In this document: positions 1 to 14,786 of the stretch, piece after piece
Numbering within the stretch: the stretch's first letter is position 1
How the letters are laid out: each line of letters begins with the position of its first letter
DNA from: Amoebidium appalachense
Taxonomy: Eukaryota; Protista; Ichthyosporea
Direction of reading: 5' to 3'
Assembly: GCA_963693365.1 (NCBI GenBank)
Contig: CAVNZM010000005.1
Location: forward strand, 12,919,728-12,983,727
Length of the DNA: 64,000 nt
The notes under the pieces: generated by a model
The model's database searches: none
Seen by the model: only the letters and a program-made list of their open reading frames with translations
What the model was told of the DNA's origin: nothing
Position numbers and translations under genes: made by a program

Positions 1-181
1 CTAGGGCAGCAACCAGCCCAGCAGGCAGCCCAGAGCATGGCCCCCCAGCAGCCTGCACCCTCCACAGCACCCATCGGCACACAGCCACAGCACTCGGCTG
101 CACCTGGCTCGGTCGGCACACCTACTGGCCGTAGGCCAAGGGGCGCTAACTCGTACGGCTCACAGGTGTGTGGTGGTGGGG

Positions 182-228
<47 letters not shown>

Positions 229-646
229 GGGTGGTGGTGGTGGTGGTGGTGGTGGTGGTGTGGTGATGGTAGCATGTGTGAGCTTTAGAGGGAGGGGGAT
301 GGGAGGGGGGTTTGGGGGGAGAGGGGGGGGGAGGAGAAGTTGCAGGTGGTGGGGGGTGGGGGGGTGGGGGCGGGGAGGAGGGAGGGGAAGGGGGATGAGT
401 GTGTGCAGGCTCGTGTTTTTTGGCAACCGTGTGGAGGCTTGTGCATGCACACAAGTGCACCAGTGTGTTTGCGGGCACAGACACACACGTGCACCCGCGT
501 CACCCGGGTGTGTCCTTGGCATGCATGCACGTGCACGGCACTGACACCCGTTGCCCCCCACAGCAGTTTGGAGGGCACCAGGGTGGCCACCTGCCCCAGC
601 ACATGGGCCACATGCCCCCCCAGTATGCCGCAGTAGGTGCCCATGG

Positions 647-730
<84 letters not shown>

Positions 731-739
731 TGAGAGAAC

Positions 740-770
<31 letters not shown>

Positions 771-1138
771 AGAGAGAGACTGAGAAATGCGCACACACAC
801 CTGCCCTCGCTGCCACACCTACACCCACACCACACTTACACATGCACCATGCACTCACCTGAGGACGGAGACGGTCATTCGTCTTGCACTCTTTCCTGTG
901 TCTTGGCCCCTGAGCTGTAAGCAGCAGACTCGCCCGTGCACGTGCCTGTCCCCCCTTTGTGTCCAATAGTTCATGTTCTTCTTTGCACCCCCTAACTCAC
1001 ACATGGCGCAGCAGGGCCACATGGGCTACGAGGAGAATGCGTTTGCCGGCTACGGCCAGCCCTACGGCGCCCAGCCCCCCTACATGCAGTGGTACTACGA
1101 GCAGGCCGACCCCCGCGTACGTGCCCCTAACCTCTCAC

Positions 1139-1178
<40 letters not shown>

Positions 1179-1559
1179 CCCACACAGACACAGGAACACT
1201 CACACTGACACACTGAAACACGCTCGAGCACCTGCGCTCGCTCCCCCTCCCCATCCCCACCCCCATCCCCCCCACCCCTCCCCCCGCGCACCCACTCCAC
1301 CCCATCTCACACCCTTGTTGCGCCTCCGGAACGTACACCCTCCAATGCACTGTGGCCGCTTGCTGTGTGCCACCTGGTGCTGCCAGGGCAATGGCTACTG
1401 CCGGGCACAAATGCAACATCCACTCTCACTCCCACCACTGATCCAGGGCACCCACCAATGCCACGTCCCCTTCCTTCAGTGAAAAGTGAAAAGTAAAAAG
1501 GGAAAAAACGAAAAGAGAAAGCAAAAGAAAACTTAACGACGACCACCTCCTACTCCTAG

Positions 1560-1617
<58 letters not shown>

Positions 1618-2218
1618 CCCCCCCCCCCCCTGGGCGCGGGGATGTACTGTGTATAGCCTGGAACCGAGATGATGCTGCTGGTGGTGCATGTGTTGTTGGG
1701 CCTCCTGAGTGCACGTGCTGACACCCCCCTTGCAGTACTACGACCCCACGGGGGCCTACCGCCAGCCAGCAGCAGCACGAGACAGCCACCGGGCCAAGGA
1801 GTATGGCACCACAGCTACTACACAGCCGGCTCACGAAACGCAGCCATTGGCTCAGATCCCGGCACAGCCTGCCGCGGTAGGGGCTGCATGCTGTAGTTGG
1901 TTGGGTGCTTGACTGGATGTACGCATGAACTCACACTCACATTCACACTCACACTCACACTCACACTCACACTCACACTCACACTCACACTCACACTCGA
2001 ACTTGCACACATACACACACACAAACACGAACACACTGGCCCACAATGCATGGGCTCTGCCTTTCCCCCAACAACAGAATGACACGCCTCCCCCATGGGG
2101 GGCAAAGATGGGCTCTACTTACTATCCGTACTCTTGGTGTACTTTGCACTCTGCATTTTGTGGTTCATTGTTAGTTTGTACTTGGTACTCTAGAACGCTT
2201 TTTCACTCCCCCCCCCCC

Positions 2219-2268
<50 letters not shown>

Positions 2269-2788
2269 CCCCTTCTCCTCCCCCCCCCCACCCCTTCCCC
2301 TCCTACCTTCTTTTTCCCCCCCCCTTTCCCCCCCCCCCCCCCCCCCCCCCTGGCCAAACCCTGTATACACTCTTCTCATCAGCAGGTCTCTAACCCACTC
2401 TGCAGAACGTTTTACGCATTTCTCCCCTCGGAGAACTTGGTCGTTGGTGCGTTTTTGTCTGACATCTAACGACTCTGCAGGGTCCCCTGAGACTACTGAC
2501 ACTCTAACATTCCCTCCCCTCTCTTACTTCCCCCCCCCCCCCCTCCCCCCTTTCCCTCCTCCTTCCCCTCCCATTTTCTCTGCACACCCAACAGGTCTTA
2601 ACCAGATCTGCACATCGTTAGTCACAATCTTCTCACATATATGAGAGAATGATCGTATTGGTACGATTTGTCTAATATCTGACGATTCTGCAGCATCCCT
2701 AAGACCCCCCCCCTCCCCCTCCCCCTCCCCCCCCTCCCCCCCCCCCCCCCCCCCCCCACCTTCTCTCTCTCTCTCTCTCCCTCTCTCC

Positions 2789-2882
<94 letters not shown>

Positions 2883-2978
2883 TTCCTCCTTTTTTTTTTT
2901 TTTTTTTTTTTTTTTTGGCGCCTGTTGTTTTGCTTGTCATTTGTTGTTCTGGTTGATTACCTGTAATCTTCGCTTATT

Positions 2979-3013
<35 letters not shown>

Positions 3014-4151
3014 TGTGCGGGGTTGCACATACCGGTGTCTACTTTTCTTCTTACTGTTTTTCTCTCCACACACTTCATCTGTCCACTTCTGCTTACCCCC
3101 TTTCATAGCTATAGACACACTTCACACATTGCGTTACGCGCACGCATGCACACACCGCTCTGTTGGCGACAGCTCCCTTGGAACCCATGCGGCATGTTAC
3201 CCGCCGGCGTAACATAACTCGGACTATCGGTTTGGCTTTTTTCATGCCCAAAGCAATGGGTGATACCATATTTCCGGCTGACATCCGGGGGCATAGCTTT
3301 CCGTTCGAAGACGATAAAGTTCCGCCCTAGTAAGCGTGTTACTACCCTGCGGCGTGGGTCAAATCTCATATTTTCCCCTCTGATTACGAATTCTGTGGCC
3401 TTCGGGACTTAATTCTTTTCAGCTGGTGTAGTATGTTAGCCAGGGAAGTATCGACTTAGGTATCGACGGGGGAGCTTCCTAGAAGCCCCGTCTCCTGAGT
3501 TCCTATCTATATTTTTCTTGCTTCTGCTTACTGCTGCAACTTTAACCCCCGGCCTTTCCCACTGCCCTTGCCTGCATAAGCAACCCTGCTCGTCTCTGAT
3601 CAAGACGGGTGACCTACTCATGTTCAAGTGAAACAGTATCTGAGTTGGGTTTCGTTAACGAGGGGAATAGGTCGAAACTCGGGTACTGTGGATGACGTGG
3701 GCCCCCCCTGAGGATGGGCTCTGCTTATTATGCATACTCTTTATGTATGGCTTGCATTCTGCATCGTGTTATCCGTTTGTTCTTGTGTACTTCGTACTTT
3801 TTGACGCATTCAAACCCCCCCCCCCCCCCCCCTCCCCCCTCCCCGTTGTCCGCCCGCCTCCCCCCCTCCCCCCCCCCCCCCCCCCCCCCCCTACTCACAC
3901 CCTCTACCCCCCCCCTCCCCCCCCCCCCCCCCCCCCAGCAGAGCACGCAGGCACCGGCCAGTGCGGCGGCGGCGCCAGCAGGCAACCAGCAGCAGTTCAT
4001 GCAGCCGTTCCCCTACGGCAACCCCTACAGCTACAACCCGTACATGCCGGCATACCCCACCCCCTTCCAGCCCATGGCCTCCTATGCCCACGGCTACGGG
4101 GAGGAGGCCTACAAGGCCCCATATGCTTACGGCCAGCAGCACCACACACAG

Positions 4152-4185
<34 letters not shown>

Positions 4186-5406
4186 TGGGGGGGGGGGGGG
4201 GGGGGGGGGGGGGGATGTGTTTGTGTTTTTTGTTGAAGCTCCTCGGGAGACGGGGGGGGTTTCCTGTGGTGGCTTCTTGTTGCATCTGCAACTGCTCCTC
4301 CCCCCATCCTTCCCTTTGCCTGTCCCTCATCCACCAACCTTCCCTGTGCCGCTACACCTGTGATCCCCCCCCCCCCCCCCTTCCCTTCGACACACACCTG
4401 ACATACCTTGTCCTCACCCTTTGCCTTTGCAGGCGGCCGCACCGGGTAGCTACCAGACGGCACACAGCAGCAGCGCCACGCAGAAGGCCGCAACAACACA
4501 GCCTCTGGCCCCGGCATCCAGCCAGGACATGTACACACAGGTGCGTGGTTGTCTCGGTGTGGGTGTGTGGTGTGGGTGTGCGTGGGTACGTGTGGTGGTG
4601 GGTAGTGTGTGTGTGTGTGCTTTTTTTTTGGGGGGGGGGGGGGGAGGGGGGCAGACGATTGGTAGTGTTAAGGTGGTTAACGGCCTTGCCCAAACATTGC
4701 CGCTGGAGTTGCAGTGCTCTGGCAGGCATAACCCAAAGGCCTTACGGCCAATCAGTGCACACCCATTAAGGCCATATATGGCCAAAAGTACTATGCCATA
4801 GCCATACGACCAATCAGTCCACACCCACCCACACCATATGAGGCTATTCTAACCCTCTCCCCATAGGCGTACGACAGCAAGGGCAGCTACGGGGCCAGCA
4901 CGGGGGCGGCAGCGGCCAGCCCCAGCGGGGTCAACGGCAGCAGCGGGCAGGGGGCCGGCCAGCTTGGCTACTATGGGGGCCTGGGCTACGGCCAGCAGCA
5001 GCCCTTCATGCAGCAGCAGCAGCAGCAGACACAGCAGCAGGTGTGTGCGTGTGTGCGTGTGTGGGTGCGTGTGTGTGTGTGTGTTTGGGGGGGGGGGGGG
5101 GACGGGGGAGTATGTGTGTGCGTGGGTGCGTGTGTGTGGGTGCCGCACGGACGTGTGTGCGTGTGCGTGTGGGTGTATGTGTGTGTGCACAGGAGACTCT
5201 GTGGTGCTGTGTGGCAGGAGCGGGTTGGTGCTGTGAAACAGGGGGATGGGTGGTGTCGTGTATGTGGTTGGGTGGTGTGATGTGTTGGTGGGCGGGTGGG
5301 TGGTGTTTTGTGCAGGGTGAGCAAGCATGGGTGTACTGACTCTGTTCAACAGGGGGCATATGGGCAGCGCATGAACCACAGCCAGCAGTACTGGGGCCAG
5401 TCTTAA
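1..5406 (+). CDS. 3' part of a Q/P/Y/G-rich low-complexity protein, UBAP2/UBAP2L(Lingerer)/Def1-like; exons <1-165, 564-632, 1012-1116, 1736-1876, 3939-4151, 4433-4540, 4867-5040, 5353-5406
   Basis: Eight exons join in one frame through phase-0 GT-AG introns, several with CTRAC branch points. Translation includes [18 protein letters not shown] and [19 protein letters not shown], and ends [10 protein letters not shown]-stop, like the YW-ending tails of UBAP2L/Def1 proteins. The gene is solid; the family call is tentative because the N-terminus is outside the window. Confidence 0.7.
2350..3812 (+). mobile_element. Intronic 3' fragment of a Penelope-like retroelement
   Basis: 2923-3812 is near-identical to 59744-60648, which follows the PLE RT. 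Both copies are preceded by poly-C, (CT)n and poly-T. 2350-2700 holds two degenerate copies of a segment that weakly resembles the RT thumb (NQICTS). Confidence 0.7.
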
Positions 5407-6729
5407 ATGCTCAGGCAGTGGCCGGGGGGTGACTGGCACAGCCCCCATGATTTTGGCACGAAAATAAACGAGAATGTTGGGTGGGGCCATGGCGGCCTGC
5501 CCGTGTGTTTATGTCCTTGTGTATGGTCATTGTGTGCGCGTGGAGTGACGTGGGATCCGCTATGCTATGCCACTGGCACAAAAGTATCTGACACTCAGGC
5601 CTATGGGTGGGTGGGTGGGCGGGGGAGGGGGGGGGGGGCAGCGGCAGCACAACTCGGGAGTCCAGGCACACGAGTGTGTTGTGCCAGCTGCCTGACACTG
5701 AGACTGTACCCACGGATCGAACAATCAGTTAGTGACACACATGCATTCGAATCCCGTGGGCCCCCATGGCACATCTGTTACGTATACCCACGTGCACCCA
5801 CCCGAGTACGTGCGTAGCAGCTGTGTGCATAGTTGAGACCGATATCGAGCCCACCCACCCATTCAACCGTTACCACACTCCTACACACGCCCACACAACT
5901 ACGCGCGAGCATACACATGTGCATGTGCATGTGTATGCTGTGCCCCGGTACGCATGTAAAGCACATACGTAGACATGTACACACCAGCCCATGCATGCAT
6001 CCACACATATACCCACCTACCAACATATGCCCAATCGCAACAGTGGCACCCTCAACGTGACACACGGTACCCACATCATGCTGCAGCTGTGCTAATTAGT
6101 CCTCCGCCCCCCTCCCAGGTCTTACACCATATGCATCCACCTAGGTGCTGTCGTGTAATGCCATACCGTGGCACTCCATACACCCACACGCACACACTCA
6201 CTAACACCGACGTACACACACCGTACACCCGTGAGAGCGCAGGCACGTGCGCACACGCACACACATACACACCGGCCAAATGGCCCAGCATCATGATACT
6301 CGTTCACAGGCACGTGGCTATATATAGCACATACTGCTATTCGTAGCTGCAGTTGCAGGAGGCCACCTGTGCCTCTTAAGACTCATCACATGCAGGACGC
6401 GGCACTGCCGGTCATTCTTGCTTGCCAAATATGGTAACATCGAGGCGCCAGAAAAAAACAATGGAATGCCAGCGCACAAAAGTGTTTACAAGACCACGAA
6501 AACCAGCCAAAAATGACAACTCCAATAAATATCACAACATCAAAACCGAAATTTACATCCCAAACATGCACGATTGCACAAACCACCGACCGAGCGCCCA
6601 GTCACTGCTTTGAAACCCCTACAATTTATGCTAACTTCCTACAATTTCCAATGTCCACACTCCCCCCCCCCCCCCCCCCCACCCCCCCCCCCCTCTCTAT
6701 CATTGACACCTAGCCACCCCCTGCCACAT

Positions 6730-6875
6730 CTACTTTGCCAGGGAGGCAGCGACCTTTCGTTTGAATGCTGCAAAGTCACCGTCAAAGCGATAGACCGTGC
6801 CGGCCTCACACACAATGATGTCCGTGGCAACGAGAGAAATCAGACGTTGGTCGTGCGATACCAGTACCACCCCAC

Positions 6876-6918
<43 letters not shown>

Positions 6919-7063
6919 GTGTGTGTGTGAGTGTGTGTGTATGTGTGTGTGTGTGTGTGCGGGACAGGAAGAGAGATGGAGAGAGAGGGGAGTGCGCGTG
7001 GGGCGGGGAAATAGAGAGAGAGAGCGAGAAAGGGAGGGAGGGAGGGGGGGGGGAGGGAGGGGG

Positions 7064-7119
<56 letters not shown>

Positions 7120-7638
7120 AGGAGAGAGAGAGAGGAGGAGCAGGAGAGAGAAAGGGAGAGAGGGCGAGAGAGAGTGTTGTGTTTGTGTGTGTGTGTGTGT
7201 GCTCGAGTAAATGTGTGTGTGTTGAGTGTTGGGTGTGAGGGTTAGCCTGAGACAAAATACCCTCAACACACAAAATTCATATGAAATGAAGTGGAGAACA
7301 CCGAACGTGTCCACGGAAAGAAGCATAGAAGCGAGAAAACATGTACATGTGTGTATGCAGATGGCAACAGGGGGGACATGTTGCAGTAATGCTGAGCCAA
7401 AGGAAAAATCGAACCAAACGAACAGCCAGGAGCCAACAAGCCCCTGCCATGGCCCAATTTGTGGACAGCACAATTTCATGTATCCAAACCGTTGTGCATC
7501 ACAGACTGCTGGGAAAGGCGCAGCACAGGGGGAAGAGGGGGGGGGGGAGGTGAGGGGGGGAATACGAGTTTTCATGTCAGGTGATTTCACAACAAATGAG
7601 CATCACGCACGCACGCACACACACACACACGCACACAC

Positions 7639-7687
<49 letters not shown>

Positions 7688-7774
7688 AGCACACACAGAC
7701 AGAAGCCTACATATGCACAAAAACACACATGCAGGCACGAACGAACGGGGATGCCCAAACAAATAACCATAAGC

Positions 7775-7819
<45 letters not shown>

Positions 7820-8288
7820 CCCCCCCTCCCCCTCCGTTCCTTTGCGTCCCACGCACCAAGAACCCAGATTGCAACCGTGCCCCCCTTGTTCCCCCCTCGC
7901 ACACAGACAAGCAGGTAAGCAGCCACACATGTACGCCCGTACACACATCCAAAGCCCCCTCCTCCTCCTCCCCTGACACACAGACGCAAACATCCACACC
8001 CACACGAACACTTTCACCCACTCACCCACACCACGTGCCATTCCATCCCCCCCCCCCCCCCCCCCCCCCCCCCCCTTCCCACGCACCTTGTAGACCTGCA
8101 GGGCCTCTGCTAGCGCATCCACCGTCTCCATATCAAGATGGTTGGTGGGCTCATCCAACAATAAGATGTGGGAATTCTCCATAGACAGGGCTGCAAAGGC
8201 CACTCTGCTCTTCTGCCCTCCTGATAACGTGCCAATCACCTGAAGACCTAGGTCCCCCGTGACTCCAAATGCACCAAGATTCCTGTGT

Positions 8289-8340
<52 letters not shown>

Positions 8341-9456
8341 CGGTTTGCAAAGGAAAGGTGGCACTATACGAATGTGTTTTTGTGTGTGTACTCGTGTGTG
8401 TCGTGTGTGTGTGTGATCGGACAATAGGCCCACAGCAGGGGTTAATATTTAGTGGGGTTTACATAGCCGTTTCAACATACAAGCACTTCATGCAGGAAGT
8501 AACCATCTAAATGAACCAATGCACATGCCCAGTAATCTTTCGGGAGGGGTTGGAGTAGGGGTGGAGGTGGGGGGAAATAATGAGGTCCCCCTTCAAGCCA
8601 ACCGTTTTTCTGCCCACACCTTCAACCATTGCATCCCTCCCGCCCCCCCCCCTCCCCCCCCCCCCCACCCCCACCCCTTCCTCTCTCCCTCCCTCTCCCC
8701 CTCCCCCCCCCCCCACACACCCCAAAAAAAAAAAAAAAAAAAAAAAAAAAGCCCACCCACATGCACCATTTCCCCATTCCCCTTATCATAAAACATTACC
8801 CCCCCCCCCCCCCCCCCCCCTTCTCCCGTCGGAAAAATCCGACGAATCACCAACCGCACACTGTTGTAACCTTCTCCATATGCCGCCTCGATTCTGGCCA
8901 ATCAACCCCACCTACTCTCCTGTTCCTTTCCTCTACCCCCCCCCCCCCCCCCCCCCCCCCCTTCCACCCCCCCTCTCACACACACACACACACCCTCTCC
9001 CGCCGTCATCCAACCCCACCACGTACCGTCTGTACTCCTCTGCATTCAAGCCAGGGAATCTGTTCTTAAGGTAGGTGACAGGGGTGGCCTTAAGGTCCAA
9101 CTGATCCACAAAGTGCTGTGTGAAGTAGCCCATCTTAAGCTTGGGATTGCGCCTCACATCCCCCCCCGTATGGCTGAGCTCCCCCGTGAGGATCTTAAGC
9201 AGGGTCGACTTGCCCGCACCATTCACACCCACCACGGCCATACGACTATCTTGCTGCACCCCAAGAGTCACATTGCGCAGGATAAGGGGTAGGTCAGGCC
9301 CATATCTGTGTGTGTGCATGTACGTGTGTGTGTGTGTATGTGTGTGTGTGTGTGAAGTGTGTATGTATGCCGGGTGTGTTGTGGGCCATGTAGTGTTAGC
9401 AGCTGTATCGTTGCTGCCTTCTTGTCGTCAAACCCATGCCACCAGCAACCCATCAC

Positions 9457-9489
<33 letters not shown>

Positions 9490-11157
9490 TTTCCCTCCCC
9501 CCCCCCCCCTTCCCATCCCATGTCAACGCACATACAACAGCATACACACAAAAACATGCATACATCCTTCCCCCCCCTCCCCCCTTAATTTACCTACATA
9601 CACGATCCCCCCCCCCCCTCCCACCCACCTGAAGTCCACCTCGTCCAGCTGCAGCAAGGGGAGCACCAATTTGTTGGGGTCGTTGAAGCGCAGCCGCACG
9701 GGTGGGTCGACCTCGATGGGTCTTAGCACCGGCAGCTTGGCCAGGATCTTAAGCTTGGACTGCGCCTGGGGGGCCCTGTTTGCGTTGTAGCGCCACCTGT
9801 CGATGTAGTCCTGTAGGTGCTGGCGGTACAGCTGCTGGGCCTCATACTCTCTCTGCTGCGCCAGCAGGGCCTCGCCCTTTGTCTTCTCAAACTGGTCGTA
9901 GTTGCCCTTGTAGCTGTCGATCTTCTGGCTGTGCACGTGCAGTATGTCTGTGGCCACCGTGTTGAGGAACTCTCTGTCGTGCGACACTACCATCAGCGAT
10001 GCGGGCCACGACAGCAGATACGTCTCGAGCCATATCACCGCCTCAATGTCCAACATGTTTGTTGGCTCGTCCAGCAGTAGTAGATCTGGCTTGCTGAACA
10101 GTGCCCTAGCAAGGGCTATGCGCATACGCCAACCCCCACTGAACGCCCTGGTGGCCCACTGCTGTCTCTCGGGTGAAAACCCCAACCCGGAGAGGATAAC
10201 TGCCGCTCTCGCCTCTGACGTATCTGCGTCTATCTCGTGCAGCCGCTGGTATATCTCGGCCAGCTGCTGTGCCTGTGCCGTGGTCTTTGTCAGGCCCGTC
10301 GCCGTTAGTTCCTTCTCTTGCTCCAGTAACCGTGCCCTTTCTACGTCAGCACTCAGCACGGCCTCTATGACTGTTGTGTCATCCCCCGCTATCTCCTGCT
10401 CCACGTACCCTATGCGTATGTGTGTGGGTATCTGCAGTTCGCGCCTAGCCACTGCCCTGAGTAGGGTGGTCTTTCCTATGCCGTTGCGACCCACCAGACC
10501 GTACCTCCGCCCATATGCCACGTTCACCGTTGCCTCCTTGAGAATCACCTTGCCGTAGTGGCTCAGGTCGAAGTTCTCGACCTTTATGTCCCGTGTGCCC
10601 CCCTGGCCGCTGGCTGCGCCCTGCTGTGCGAGCATAAACACGCGGTATTCCTCATCTGCGTCCGTCTGTTTCTGCTCCTCCTCTTCCCTCGCCCTGTTCT
10701 CCGCCTCTCTCTGCTGTGTGGTTATCTCCTTCTGCTCTCTCTTCTCTAGTTTCTGCTTTCTCTTCTCCTCCGCCTTGGCCAACTTCTCCTGGTCGACCAA
10801 ACTGTCTCGCTCCACCGGCTGGTCGAGAATGGACATGGCCACGGATCCCTTTGCCATGTTGTGTGCGAGTTTGGCCATCTGCACCGAGTTGTCGAGCTTT
10901 GACAGCTGTGGCTTATTCGCTTGCTTGTCACTCACTATGGCCTCGCTCAGCCGCACGCACAGGTCGCGTACAACGAGGTCATCCTCACAGACCTGGCCCA
11001 GAAACGGAGACAACAGCTCGTACAACTCATCCCCCTCGGGCCCGAGCTCCATACCCGGGTCCTCTACCGTACCCACACAGTACTCTAACATGTCTTCATC
11101 CAGCCCCGGTACTGCGTCCTGGATGCGCGCACGCACTTCCTCACGGCCCAGCGGCAT
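6730..11157 (-). CDS. ABCF3: ABC-F family ATPase ABCF3/GCN20; exons 11157-9629, 9305-9027, 8282-8087, 6876-6730
   Basis: Two ABC cassettes and no TM domain: GRNGIGKT, FSGGWRMRIALA, LLLLDEPTNMLD, VVSHDREFL; then GVNGAGKST, LSGGQKSRVAFA, LLLDEPTNHLD, VLVSHD. GCN20-type N-terminus MPLGREEVRARIQDAVPGLDEDMLEY. All three GT-AG introns keep frame. Confidence 0.95.
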
Positions 11158-11689
11158 GGTGATAGTGTGTTCCCGGCCGGGGGCACGGGCTGTGTGTGTG
11201 TGTGTGTGCGTGTGTGTGTCTTTGTTCGAACTCGAAAAAAATGCGAAGCTCGACCCAAGGGAGTTGGCGACACCATTGATTGAAGGGGTCATGTGCCTAA
11301 GTGACAGCATCATCCGCTTACTTGTCAGATTTGCAATCGCAAACCGACGATCTCATCAACTCGTAGTGAGGTGAATCCCTTCGTGTGCTATGTGGGAACT
11401 GTAAAAATATTATTTGCTTGTGAGGGCGGTACTGCACTGACACTGTACGTAGGCTACACTGAAAAGCTACCTCAGCCGACCCGTGAGCGCTATATATTAG
11501 CAGCTCGCCACAACGAATGCATATGATGTGTTTTCTGCATATACAACTCAAGAAATGTGGGCTGTATGATGTGTAAGACAGTTGACGTACTGTACCAGCA
11601 CACACAGTGTGAGAGCATAAAGGACACCTACATGTACTATGCAGTGTGTTTGCGTGTGTGCTTGTGTCTCTCTGTGTCTCTCTTCCTCC

Positions 11690-11750
11690 CCCCCGGGCCC
11701 TCTCCCTTTCTCTCGCTCTCTCTTGAGTCAGAGCCTCTCTCTCTCAGTCT

Positions 11751-11798
<48 letters not shown>

Positions 11799-11844
11799 TT
11801 CTCTCTTTCTCCCCCTCCCTCCCTTTCCCTTTTTCTCTCTCGCT

Positions 11845-11933
<89 letters not shown>

Positions 11934-11969
11934 CCCCTCCCTCCCTTTCCCTTTTTCTCTCTCGCTCTC

Positions 11970-12015
<46 letters not shown>

Positions 12016-12110
12016 CCCCTCCCCCCCCCCCCCCCCCCTCTTGTCCCGGTTTTCTCCGTCACTGTCTCTCTCTCTCTCTCCTCCTCCGTCCCTCCCGGCT
12101 CCCTCCCTCT
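11690..12110. repeat. (CT)n/pyrimidine-rich low-complexity tract
   Basis: Long degenerate CT dinucleotide run with poly-C. Confidence 0.9.
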
Positions 12111-13809
12111 ATCTCTGTGTGGCTGTGCATGTGTTTACTGGTGAGGGTATCTTCTTTTTATTCCACCGTGTTTCTTGGCGTCGATATATATGTAGGGGAC
12201 CGGCCAAGATTAAAGGTTCCTCCATTTCTCCCTTCCTCCCTCCCGGAGGCTCCACCCCTGCCTCCCTCCCTCTGTATGTGTGGCACATGACTGTGTGTGC
12301 GCGGGTGTTCAAGCTGGAGAGCGGGGGAGGGGGGGGAGGGATGGTTTTATGTAGGCCTAGGGGTGTACGTTGGCGGGTGTGATACAAGGCCTGTTTACTT
12401 ATTGGAGGCCTTGGATATCGGTTGGATGCGTGTGTGTGGCGCCTGTAGCTTGACCGAAGTAGTGCGAAACAAGGAAGGTGTGTGTGAGTGTGCACGTGGT
12501 GTGGGGTGGGGGGGAGGGTGGGTCCCGGAGGGATTTTTCATTCTCGGTCTCCGCTGGACGCGGACGGGTGCCACCAGTGGGTGGGTTGGATGTTGCATTT
12601 TGGGGGGGAGGTGGTCTGGGAGTAGCAGTGTCTCTTTGTGACGATAGGCTGGCGATTTCGTCAACGTATGTTCTAGTTGGGTGTGAGCTGGCCGGGAGGG
12701 AACACCAGCACATGTGCAAGTGAGATGTGTGCTCTGTACACCGTGGTCCAAAAAAAATGCCGAGAGGAGGTTTTTGTGAGTTTGCAGGTGCATTTGGCAG
12801 CCGCTTGCGGATGCCTGCACATGTACACCTTGCTTGTCCAACTGTTGCGACCACCGCACGTACAACACACTTTTTGGTGGTCCCTGTCGGTCTGGTCGTG
12901 TTCAACCTTGGCTCTCCTGAGCGCCACGGCCTTGAGTCTGGGCCTGAGTGCCTAACCACACCGTAAAGTGAGCTCTGGTGCCAAGGGTGTGCCTGACCAG
13001 CACACTAGGCGATGAGAGCAACACCAAACAGGGTGCACAGTCGGTGCACAGTCGGTGTGGGGTGCACTCTGAACCAACACAGTCCAAGCTACTTGGGGCC
13101 AGCACACACGAACAAACACTATCCCTATGGTTTAGATTTTGATCGACCAGATTCCCACGTCAGGCCACCACATGTACACCTGCACAACATAACCCTAATT
13201 GTCCCGATGCGGTTTCACAGCCGCAAGCTGGTGCCTGCCACAAGAGTGTGCAACATCATACCATAGAATATTCAAATAAACAGATGGACGTAGAAAGTGC
13301 AGAAAGGAGCATACTGAGTTTGAAGAACCAAGGGCACCACATATATTCAGCTGGAGGGTTGCACTTGGTCCACAACATGACGTTTAAATATTGAGCGCAA
13401 CAGAACGCACTATGGAGTACGAAGGACACCCTCATGGAGGAAAACACAATAGAGAGTTTTTGAGGAGTATGCAAGATAAGCAGAGGCCATCCTCAAGGGA
13501 ATACGTTAAACACCATGAATGAAGTGTACGTTCATAACGGACCACACAGTGTTTAGCACAAAGAAGAGTATGAAAATAAGTAGAGCACATCCTCATAGGG
13601 ATATGTTGAAATACAGAGTATAGAAAGGTCGGAAAACAAACATGAGCAATAATGATGCGGAGAGATCAACAGAGAGGGGGTACATGTGTTCAAAACACGA
13701 CATGGATGTTCACATTGCACAGTACAACCCAACCTTGTAATATCCTCACCTTTTTTCCTCCCCCACAAAGAGCACAACGAAAGTGTGTGTGGGTGGGTGT
13801 GAGGGGGGC

Positions 13810-13914
13810 CCCCAATGCGCCGTGGTGTACGAAGCACATATTCGCAACCGACAACACAAAGCAGAGTCCAAACCATATCACAAGTATGCATAATACGCAG
13901 AGCCCATCCTCGGT
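13810..13914 (-). repeat. Copy of a ~110-bp poly-C-flanked dispersed repeat (GAGGATGGGCTCTGC.TATTATGCATACT...TTCGTAC)
   Basis: Reverse complement reads (C)n-ACCGAGGATGGGCTCTGCGTATTATGCATACTTG...CTTCGTACACC, matching 3708-3812, 56367-56468 and 60545-60648. Confidence 0.75.
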
Positions 13915-13948
<34 letters not shown>

Positions 13949-14786
13949 AAGGTGTCATCCGCAGTACACGAAGGAGGGAGGGAAGGGGGGACGACAACTC
14001 AAAAGGCCAAGGAATTGCCACACAAAAACCCTGTCTGAAAAGCATGTCATCATGCGTGCCATCAGCAGTCAACACAAGGTGACGGCAGCAATACACAGAG
14101 TACAGGTGCACAAGCGAGCAGGCAAAAGGCAACTAAGAAAACAGGCTGATATGCCAGTAGCGCGGTGCAAAGAAGAACAAATGGAGCAGTAAATTTGTGT
14201 GCTTTCGCCGGCCGAGAAAACGTGTGCGTGTGCGTGTGTGGACATGTGTTGTGAGTGCCTGTGTATGTGTGCTATTGTGTGTGTGTGTGCTTGCCTGAGA
14301 TGTCTGCTTGTGTGTGTTCTCCCCATATGGGTAACAGGAAAAAAACAAGAGGACTCGGTACCCTTAGAGGTGGGAAAGAGGAGTGCTTACAATGAAGTAC
14401 ACAACCACGCCACAGCAAATATTCATGAAACAACAGTCGAAAGAAGCACAAACAATACACCTGAAATGAAGAAAGTGTCCCTGAAGGCGCACAACAACCA
14501 TACCCTGTGTATGCCCCAGAAAAAACGAGACGTGTGTCAACATATCATAGTGATATGCGACACACAAACATGCAGGTGTTGCAAGGATACGTCAACTGTG
14601 TGCAATTTCTTCAATCCAAAAGCGAACCAGACCACAACACTGTCCGAGGGAGCCATGCACCCCACGAATGCGTACTACCCCCCGGCACACACACCCTGCT
14701 GGCACGTGCACGTGCTTACTCACTGGGACGGACAGATACAGCAAGCTGCAGCGGCCACAGGCGCTCCAGACTACGCTTTATTCCAT

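Noticed and set aside
3630-3725. Hammerhead ribozyme in the PLE 3' region (CGAAAC-TCGG-GTA ... CTGAGGA)
   Set aside because: Core-like words are present but stems I and II do not pair properly; the segment folds better as a simple 14-bp hairpin ACAGTATCTGAGTT/AACTCGGGTACTGT.
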